Shown here: piece after piece, positions 8,501 to 13,318 of the stretch | Layout of the letters: each line of letters starts with the position of its first letter | How positions within the stretch are numbered: the first letter of the stretch is position 1 | Source: Candidatus Xenobia bacterium | GTDB taxonomy: Bacteria > Vulcanimicrobiota > Xenobia > Xenobiales > QWHO01 | Length of the DNA: 13,318 nt | Reading direction: 5' to 3' | NCBI GenBank assembly: GCA_045863235.1 | Contig: BTUM01000132.1 | Span: 1 to 13,318 of the forward strand | Program-made: the position numbers and the translations under genes | Notes under the pieces: generated by a model | Database searches by the model: none | Told to the model about the DNA's origin: nothing | What the model saw: the letters and a program-made list of their open reading frames with translations, nothing else

Positions 8501-11032
8501 GAGTGCAAGAAGCTGGCGTGGGAGGTTCTGGGCCGCTCGCCCGAGCCCGAGATCGACCGCGCCATCAAGTTGCTCGAGCCCTGCGTGCGCCTGGCTCCGA
8601 CCGACCAGGACGCGGCCGCCAAGCTGGCCCAGGCCCGCCAGGCCCGGGAGAGCTACCGTCGTCTGCTCAGCCTGCGCGAGACCCTGCGCGCTCAGCTTAA
8701 AGCGCTCAAGGTCATTACCGCCTACGAGACCTTGAAAGCGATGTCGGACAGCCAGCAGGGCTTGCGCGGCAGCCCCGGCGTCTTCCTGGACGCCAACCAG
8801 GAATACGACCTGGCCCTCAAGGCCATGAACAGCTTCGTTACCGAGCACCAGACCGCCTGGAGCCGCTGCTTTCTCGAGCGCAACTGGGCCGAGGCCGTGC
8901 GCGTGCTGGAGGAGGCGCTGGGCTCGTGGGAGTTGACCCTGTCCACCGACCGCGAGTTCAGGAGCAGCCTGGCCCTGGCCCGCGAGCGGCTGGCCGAGCA
9001 GCAGGCCGCCTGGAGCACCTACCTTCAGGTCAAGGCTGCCTGGGAGGCTGGCCAACTGGCCCAGCCCTACCAGCACGCCGGCAAGATCCGCCCTGATTTG
9101 ATGCCGGTGGGCGATCAGCGCATCCCCGAGATGCAGGCGCTGCTGGCTGCCCTGCAACAAAACCGTCAGCCTGTGGCCCCCCTGAACCCGGCCCCGCCCA
9201 GCGGCAGCGTGATGAAGACCCGGCGGCCCGAGGTCGGGGTGACCTTCACCGTGCCGGTACGGCCTGAGACGGTGAGCCTGACCCTGGATGGCCGGGACGT
9301 GACCCGGGAGAGCAAAGTGACCGGGGAACAGGTGCGCTATCAGCCCGCCACCGATCTGTCCGAAGGAGCCCACCAGGCGAGTGTAGCGGCGGTCAGCACC
9401 GAGGGTCGATCCATGCAGCAGAGCTGGACCTTCTCGGTTACCGGCCCCGCCACCGTGGCTCCCACGTGCAATGTGGCGCCTCCGGCCGGGTCGACCGCCG
9501 GAGGGCGACGTCCCGAGGTGGGAGCTACCTTCCTGCAGCCGATGCAAACGCAGTCCATTCGCCTGGTGCTCGACGGCCAGGACGTGACGGTCCAGAGCCG
9601 GGTGAGCAACGAGCAGGTACGCTACCAGCCTTCCGCCGATCTGTCCGACGGGACCCACCAGGCCCGGCTGACAGCGGTGGCCGACAACGGACAGACCCTG
9701 GACCGGAGCTGGAGCTTCTCGGTGGCCGGACCGGCCGCGCCCCCTCCCGGGGCTGCGGGCTGTAATGTGGCGCCCCCCGTGGGAGCCACGGCCAGCAGCC
9801 GGCGCCCCGAGGTGGGAGCCACCTTCCTGCAGCCGATGCAGCCTCAGACGATTCGGCTCGTGCTCGACGGCGCGGACGTGACCGGCCAGAGCCGGGTGAC
9901 CAACGAGCAGATTCGCTACCAGCCTTCCACCGACCTGAGCGACGGTGCCCACAACGCCCACCTGACGGCGGTCGCCGACAACGGGCAGCGTGTCGAGCGC
10001 AGCTGGAGCTTCGTGGTCTCCGGGCCGGCCGCGCCGCCTCCCACGGCCGCGAGCTGCAACGTTGCCCCTGCCTCGGGCGCAACGGCTCGCAGCCGGCGCC
10101 CCGAAGTGGGGGCTACCTTCCTGCAGCCGATGCGACCCCAGACCATCCGCCTGCTGGTCGACGGTCAGGATGTGACCGGCCAGAGCCGGGTGACCAACGA
10201 GCAGGTGCGTTACCAGCCGCCCTCGGATCTGCGCGACGGTGCCCACTATGCTCAGCTGGTGGGGGTAGCCGCCGATGGGCAGTCTCTCGAACGCAGCTGG
10301 AGCTTCACGGTGGCCGGGCCGGCCGCTCCGCCACCCGCCGCGGCTGGCTGCAACGTCGCCCCTCCCTCCGGCTCGACCGCCACCTCGCGACGGCCGGAAG
10401 TAGGAGCCACCTTCCTGCAGCCCATGCAGCCCGCCACCATTCGACTCGCGCTGGACGGTCGGGAAGTGACCGGCCAGAGCCGGGTTACGGGCGATCAGGT
10501 GCGCTATCAGCCCGGGTCCGACCTGGCACCGGGGACGCACCAGGCCAGCCTGGTCGGGCTGACGACCGACGGTCGGCAGGTGGAGCGCAGCTGGAGCTTT
10601 GCCGTGGTCGGTCCGGTCGTCACCACGCCGCCGCCCACTCCGCCCACGACGCCCACTCCGCCCACAACGCCCACTCCGCCCACAACGCCCACTCCGCCTA
10701 CTCCGCCTACTCCGCCCACGACGCCGACGACGCCGACGCAGCCTCCGGGTGGAACCCAGATCACGGCCCTGCTGGAGAATCGGGACAACGACAACATCCA
10801 CATCTTCGTGCAGGGCGCCGACAACTTCGGCCCCCACAACCGGTTGACCCCGGGCGAGCGGCGCAATGTGAGCGTCCGGGTCCCCTCCAACGGAAGGGTT
10901 ACCTTCGTCGCCGGACGCAACGGCCAGGTGCTGAGCACCCGCCACTGGGACACCGATCCCGACGACCGCAGTCGCTACCCGCACGTCACCTACACCCGCC
11001 GGGGGCTGGTGGTGACCACCGGGCTTCGCTGA
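5579..11032 (+). CDS. Large secreted multidomain protein: DUF4347-like caspase-fold domain, PKD/Ig domains, TPR-like region, 5 Ig-like repeats, PT linker, unknown C-terminal domain
   Basis: Strong SD and Sec signal peptide (RRYLWLLVILALFVAPAIEA|A). AVFLGHG (His 5837) and EVIYYNCHAG (Cys 5993). PKD-like LTYAWSG...VSVEVRDASG units at about 7360-8380. TPR-like helices at about 8390-9170 (EQGKHEEALAL, RAIKLLEPCVRLAPTD, ERNWAEAVRVLEEAL). Repeats at 9182-10615. Confidence 0.9.
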   Translation: MPARRYLWLLVILALFVAPAIEAADREVQVLVMAPGYQKDWALGKDRDSIAANFDFILEPQTWDQTLQELAKVGEGGRIRRAVFLGHGYQTDGKGGIIDFGQDVNAATLLTYRTRAYNRGDASLLDAFAPDAEVIYYNCHAGQDPKFLQESANLFLAFSGGTVYGSDDYVTSDVSAVNKVLYCLSWLPFVEVNFKSPSKVDYHKFPQTTLPRFIWRETEKLPCSIQGPTQVKPLTRVTLEAVLPKEYARPGLEPHIRCWWFEELGPNKRARVSKERRLTVEMSKTGKRSFTLEVRLDNDLGARLLASVPHSIEVVPQVETPTPSPTTTPTPEAPVLKPTVVAPPEVLQTDEFELEVKLPAGLSVARYEWIQRGYEGGHSVEYTVATTSEPKLKHQLGWNELRAFQVKLYDAAGKYLDTSETTVVKVLAPRFGVTLYGAGWTGGENKEMTGLSYRRPESMRVDEKLSEGEGFAHATGSAGNAYFSVRWMDSGELRDGVEGSQMVAGFRGNGVRFIKGKYGFIVDSKAEAYFWTNTGGPAGSRLAEQLSVKYRPQIEARRKATQKDLDAMLASLIITAVPEERKAPGHPDEVVQPPKATVKLSADRVRLGLGETANLEVKVENAGSGLTYAWSGPVEGKGARVVARPTSAGKVSVSVEVRDASGLVGTASLELEVEGVKVELVSSVPPTMMVGAELDLEAKVTPATPGSVLRWQSTPELTIPEGARSKVGLTAPGRFLIKAVLLDSKTGMVLGESSPIDLEVQDVPLRIAFEPLKARVGQPLQARVAGNAVPKDARFLWNLPNELRQTEGGQTASITLMPLQEGRFAVKVLAVTTVAGEVLAQAETTLKVTLDSIRVESLDPLKAGQDIRLRATFAQPASYRWTVEGGQLVGSSEQAQVTVQSPGGTCTARVEALVEGQVVARGSLAMAISGTAKVADPLEGRVRALVEQGKHEEALALVEAAPSRPASLTTWLVGECKKLAWEVLGRSPEPEIDRAIKLLEPCVRLAPTDQDAAAKLAQARQARESYRRLLSLRETLRAQLKALKVITAYETLKAMSDSQQGLRGSPGVFLDANQEYDLALKAMNSFVTEHQTAWSRCFLERNWAEAVRVLEEALGSWELTLSTDREFRSSLALARERLAEQQAAWSTYLQVKAAWEAGQLAQPYQHAGKIRPDLMPVGDQRIPEMQALLAALQQNRQPVAPLNPAPPSGSVMKTRRPEVGVTFTVPVRPETVSLTLDGRDVTRESKVTGEQVRYQPATDLSEGAHQASVAAVSTEGRSMQQSWTFSVTGPATVAPTCNVAPPAGSTAGGRRPEVGATFLQPMQTQSIRLVLDGQDVTVQSRVSNEQVRYQPSADLSDGTHQARLTAVADNGQTLDRSWSFSVAGPAAPPPGAAGCNVAPPVGATASSRRPEVGATFLQPMQPQTIRLVLDGADVTGQSRVTNEQIRYQPSTDLSDGAHNAHLTAVADNGQRVERSWSFVVSGPAAPPPTAASCNVAPASGATARSRRPEVGATFLQPMRPQTIRLLVDGQDVTGQSRVTNEQVRYQPPSDLRDGAHYAQLVGVAADGQSLERSWSFTVAGPAAPPPAAAGCNVAPPSGSTATSRRPEVGATFLQPMQPATIRLALDGREVTGQSRVTGDQVRYQPGSDLAPGTHQASLVGLTTDGRQVERSWSFAVVGPVVTTPPPTPPTTPTPPTTPTPPTTPTPPTPPTPPTTPTTPTQPPGGTQITALLENRDNDNIHIFVQGADNFGPHNRLTPGERRNVSVRVPSNGRVTFVAGRNGQVLSTRHWDTDPDDRSRYPHVTYTRRGLVVTTGLR
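9182..10615 (+). repeat. Five tandem 95-98-aa Ig-like domain repeats
   Basis: The Asn codons of N(P/V)AP fall at 9185, 9470, 9764, 10058 and 10352 (periods 285, 294, 294, 294). Each unit has RRPEVG(A/V)TF...DG.(D/E)VT..S(R/K)V...Q(V/I)RYQP..DL..G.H.A...SW(S/T)F.V.GP. Confidence 0.95.
10622..10747 (+). repeat. Pro/Thr linker built of 18-bp and 9-bp tandem units
   Basis: Repeated cccactccgcccac(a/g)acg encoding TTPPPTPPTTPTPPTTPTPPTTPTPPTPPTPPTTPTTPTQPP. Confidence 0.9.
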
Positions 11033-11078
11033 CCGAACTCGCTGCTAGCTCGGCTGCCGGCGGTGGCTGGCTTCGTGT

Positions 11079-11368
11079 GGTTGGCTTCGGGTGAGCTCCA
11101 GCTCGGTTCGAGCCAGACCTGTGCCCTGCTCGGGCCCGGGTGGAGCGCCGGCGGTTTGGCTTCGGGTGACTCCAGCCTGGTTCGAGCGCCTGGTCGGGCC
11201 CGGGTCCATCCAGTTCCTGGTGAGCGCCAGCTGGTTGAGCCAGAGCTGCGCCTGGTTGGGCCCGGGTGGCTGGCTCCGGGTGGAGCGCCGGCGGTTTGGC
11301 TTCGGGTGACTCCAGCCTGGTTCGAGCGCCTGGTCGGGCCCGGGTCCATCCAGTTCCTCGTGAGCGCC
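11079..11368. repeat. Intergenic nested direct-repeat array
   Basis: 93-bp copies at 11136-11228 and 11276-11368 (one mismatch, 140-bp period), embedded in degenerate subunits GGTGA(G)C(T/G)CCAGC..GGTT(C)GAGC...GGGCCCGGGT. GGGCCCGGG occurs at 11132, 11196, 11258 and 11336. Confidence 0.9.
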
Positions 11369-11385
11369 GGCTCGGATGGCCTGGC

Positions 11386-11415
11386 TTCGGGTGGTTTCGC
11401 AAAGCCACCCCCGAA
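11386..11415. other. GC-rich stem-loop closing the repeat array
   Basis: ttcGGGTGGTTT-cgca-AAGCCACCCccgaa: 9-bp stem with one G-U pair, extendable via ttcgg/ccgaa. No U-tract follows, so a terminator role is uncertain. Confidence 0.4.
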
Positions 11416-11444
11416 CGAGCGCTCTCGGCACGCTGTGGAGGAGC

Positions 11445-11471
11445 TAGAATGTTTTTCAACGAAGCCAGGAG
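11445..11471 (+). promoter_or_regulatory. Putative -10 element and RBS for uppP
   Basis: TAGAAT at 11445-11450; AGGAG at 11467-11471 just before the GTG at 11474 (short spacing). Confidence 0.45.
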
Positions 11472-11473
11472 CC

Positions 11474-12259
11474 GTGACCAACCTGCTGCAAGTCTTTCTT
11501 CTCGGCGTCATCGAGGGAATCACCGAGTTCCTGCCCATCTCCAGCACGGGTCACCTTCTCGTGGCCGAGAAGCTGGGGCTTGGGATGCGCTCGGAGATGT
11601 TCAATATCGTTATCCAGGCCGGCGCCATCCTGGCCGTGGTGCTGATCTATCGGACCCGGCTGTGGAATTTGTGCGTCGGTTTCTCCAGGCCGGAGAACCG
11701 GGACTATGCGCTCAAGCTTCTGACGGCCTTTTTCATCACGGGCGTGCTGGGACTTTTGGCCAAGAAGCTGGGATTCGAGCTGCCGGACACGGTTGGTCCC
11801 ATCGCCTGGGCGCTCATCATCGGAGGGATCTGGATGCTGGTGGCCGAGTGGCTGGCCGCGCGCAAGCCCGTGCAGACCGAGATCACCTGGAAGGTGGCCG
11901 TGGTGGTGGGTCTGGCCCAGGTGGTAGCGGGCATCTTCCCGGGCACCTCCCGCTCGGCGGCCACCATCTTCGCGGCTATGCTCACCGGCACATCAGACCG
12001 CGCCGCCGCCACCGAGTTCGCGTTCCTGGTGGGAATCCCCACCATGTTCGCCGCCAGCGGTTACGAACTGGCCAAGCAGATGAAGGACGGCGCCGCCCCC
12101 GAGAACTGGGGCGACCTGGGTGTGGCCTTCGTGGTTTCCACCATCACCGCGTTCATCGCGGTGAAGTGGTTGCTCAAGTACATTCAGACACACCAGTTCA
12201 CGGTCTTCGCTGTCTATCGGTTGGTAGCGGGAGTGCTCTTGTTGCTCCTGGTTCGCTGA
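11474..12259 (+). CDS. uppP: Undecaprenyl-diphosphate phosphatase (BacA/UppP), 261 aa
   Basis: Signature motifs GVIEGITEFLPISSTGHL, IQAGAILAV, PGTSRSAATI and AATEFAFLVGIPTMFAA; polytopic membrane protein. Start moved from 11063 to GTG 11474 on the basis of family length, RBS and -10. Confidence 0.95.
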   Translation: MTNLLQVFLLGVIEGITEFLPISSTGHLLVAEKLGLGMRSEMFNIVIQAGAILAVVLIYRTRLWNLCVGFSRPENRDYALKLLTAFFITGVLGLLAKKLGFELPDTVGPIAWALIIGGIWMLVAEWLAARKPVQTEITWKVAVVVGLAQVVAGIFPGTSRSAATIFAAMLTGTSDRAAATEFAFLVGIPTMFAASGYELAKQMKDGAAPENWGDLGVAFVVSTITAFIAVKWLLKYIQTHQFTVFAVYRLVAGVLLLLLVR

Positions 12260-12260
12260 A

Positions 12261-12473
12261 TCACGGGCTGTAGCTCCAGAGGTGGAGAACAGGTGCAGCG
12301 AACATCGGGTGATGTCCAAGGTGCGGCGGCATCCAGGGATGAGGCGCACGACTCAGCGCCGGGGCCATCCCCCCCTTCGCCCTGGCCCTGCGGTCGAAGG
12401 ATACCGACCCCGTAGCCTCGTAATGCCGCACCCAGCGATCCACAAACTGCGCGCTGTAGGTGGAGATCTCCAC
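12261..12473 (-). CDS. Small hypothetical protein (70 aa)
   Basis: Strong SD GGGAGGAGG just upstream of the GTG on the minus strand. Its stop lies 1 nt from the uppP stop (convergent). No family recognised. Confidence 0.5.
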   Translation of the reverse strand: MEISTYSAQFVDRWVRHYEATGSVSFDRRARAKGGMAPALSRAPHPWMPPHLGHHPMFAAPVLHLWSYSP

Positions 12474-12610
12474 CGCCTCCTCCCTGGTTCAATCCCCCGC
12501 CTCGGCAGATGAGAGCTGTTGCTCTCGAGAAGTCCGGCCGCAAACCCCCTGTCGGGGGTTCCGGCTGCGCTTCTAGCTAGCGAGAAGCCGGGCAGCCCAA
12601 ATCGACTTGT

Positions 12611-12651
12611 CGAACACGTGTTTGTCCCCCGCGGGGACGAACATACGTTCC
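12611..12651. promoter_or_regulatory. Two LexA (SOS/Cheo-type) boxes
   Basis: CGAAC-ACGT-GTTTG (12611-12624) and CGAAC-ATAC-GTTCC (12638-12651) match the Bacillus-type consensus CGAACRNRYGTTYC (13/14 and 14/14). A candidate -10 TAAAAT lies at 12657-12662. Confidence 0.75.
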
Positions 12652-12746
12652 CAGCGTAAAATAGAACGGGTTTTTGGGAGGATATCACAAGTTATTGCGA
12701 ACTCCTAAAAATAGAGTGAAGTTTATTGAGTTGGGGGTCGAACTCG

Positions 12747-13318
12747 ATGTCGTATCAGCTGTCGGACTATCTCCAGGTTTCTCCGCCGGAGCTTTATGCA
12801 GCCGCCCGCGAGACCCGTCGCCAGATGGAAGGCTGCATGGCCAGGCTTGGCCTGCAACTGCTCGCTCTGGAGCATTCGGGATTCCATCGCGACAGGGGTT
12901 GCAGCAGCATCGTCCAGTTCGCGGTTCGTAACCTGCAGCTTTCGGGAAAGAAGGCCTACGAGCTGTTGCGGGCCACCAGGGCCCTGCTCAAGCTGCCGAT
13001 TCTGGCTGCGGCCTTTGCCTCCGGGGAGGTCGGTTGGGGCAAAATTCGCGAGATCACCCGGGTGGCAACGCCCGAGACCGAGACCAGCTGGTTGGCCTTT
13101 GCCCTCGTCAACGACAGCGATGCCGTCCAGCGTCGGGTCAGTATGAGCCCGGCCGCCTACCGACGCCACTTGGCGGCAACCGAATCGGGCAACACCGGAG
13201 CCTCGTCCCGGGCGAGCTCTGGCTTCGTCGAGCCGCAGTTGGCGGTCGGCGCGGACCTGGGCTCCCCCGGCCGAGACCAGGACGGCTCGATCGGCTCGGA
13301 CCTGGGCTCCCCCGGCCG
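12747..13318 (+). CDS. 3'-truncated DUF222 / HNH-endonuclease-associated protein (N-terminal part); not in the ORF track
   Basis: ATG at 12747 after GGGGGT; open to the window end: MSYQLSDYLQVSPPELYAAARETRRQMEGCMARLGLQLLALEHSGFHRDRGCSSIVQFAVRNLQLSGKKAYELLRATRALLKLPILAAAFASGEVGWGKIREITRVATPETETSWLAFA... The pattern RAL..LP....AF..GE..W.K.R..TRVATPE.E..W is typical of DUF222-HNH N-termini. The HNH motif itself is not visible. Confidence 0.8.
   Translation, partial: MSYQLSDYLQVSPPELYAAARETRRQMEGCMARLGLQLLALEHSGFHRDRGCSSIVQFAVRNLQLSGKKAYELLRATRALLKLPILAAAFASGEVGWGKIREITRVATPETETSWLAFALVNDSDAVQRRVSMSPAAYRRHLAATESGNTGASSRASSGFVEPQLAVGADLGSPGRDQDGSIGSDLGSPG
13246..13318 (+). repeat. Start of a 45-bp-period in-frame repeat in the linker of the DUF222-type gene
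   Basis: tcggc(g/t)cggacctgggctcccccggccg at 13246-13273 and 13291-13318, encoding G(A/S)DLGSPG twice. Confidence 0.8.

Noticed and set aside
5945..10984. 1679-aa minus-strand ORF
   Set aside because: Antisense shadow of the 1817-aa gene. High-GC codon bias suppresses antisense stops, the product has no recognisable motifs, and its repeats only mirror the plus strand.
11079..11368. Possible CRISPR array
   Set aside because: No constant short repeat with unique spacers, the intervening sequences are themselves repeats, and no cas genes are present.
11386..11415. c-di-GMP-I riboswitch suggested by CGCAAAGCC
   Set aside because: The upstream GGCAAAC segment and GNRA-capped stem are missing, so only a simple hairpin is supported.
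11063..11473. 137-aa N-terminal extension of UppP in the ORF track
   Set aside because: It only reads through the repeat array. UppP homology, the RBS and the -10 element all point to GTG 11474.
12265..12508. tRNA/tmRNA-like fragments (GGGCTGTAGCTC at 12265; GGTTCAATCCC at 12486)
   Set aside because: No complementary acceptor stem, cloverleaf or CCA end. The fragments are about 220 bp apart, and most of the span is the 70-aa ORF.
12674..13169. ORF-track calls 12674-12931(+), 12796-13146(+) and 12723-13169(-)
   Set aside because: Alternative frames overlapping the better-supported DUF222-type frame that starts at 12747.

Overview
High-GC bacterial window. An outer-membrane TpsB transporter together with Gram-positive-type GAAC-N4-GTTC LexA boxes suggests a diderm Terrabacteria-type host (inference). 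Contents in order: (1) a 5'-truncated Pro-rich protein with a papain/calpain-like Cys-His-Asn motif set, overlapping a 174-aa hypothetical gene by GTGA; (2) an ShlB/FhaC (TpsB) transporter with no recognisable TpsA in the window; (3) a convergent tandem-DUF3592-like membrane protein; (4) a 55-aa membrane peptide; (5) a 1817-aa Sec-exported protein with an N-terminal DUF4347-like His/Cys caspase-fold domain, PKD/Ig domains, TPR-like helices, five tandem Ig-like repeats, a PT linker and an unknown tip domain, preceded by tandem CRP/FNR-like boxes; (6) a nested intergenic repeat array; (7) uppP; (8) a small minus-strand ORF; (9) a 3'-truncated DUF222/HNH-type gene missing from the ORF track, preceded by two LexA boxes and a hairpin cluster. 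The best novelty candidate is a non-canonical TpsB locus flanked by two different putative cysteine-protease proteins. All family assignments come from motif recognition by eye, not from database searches.
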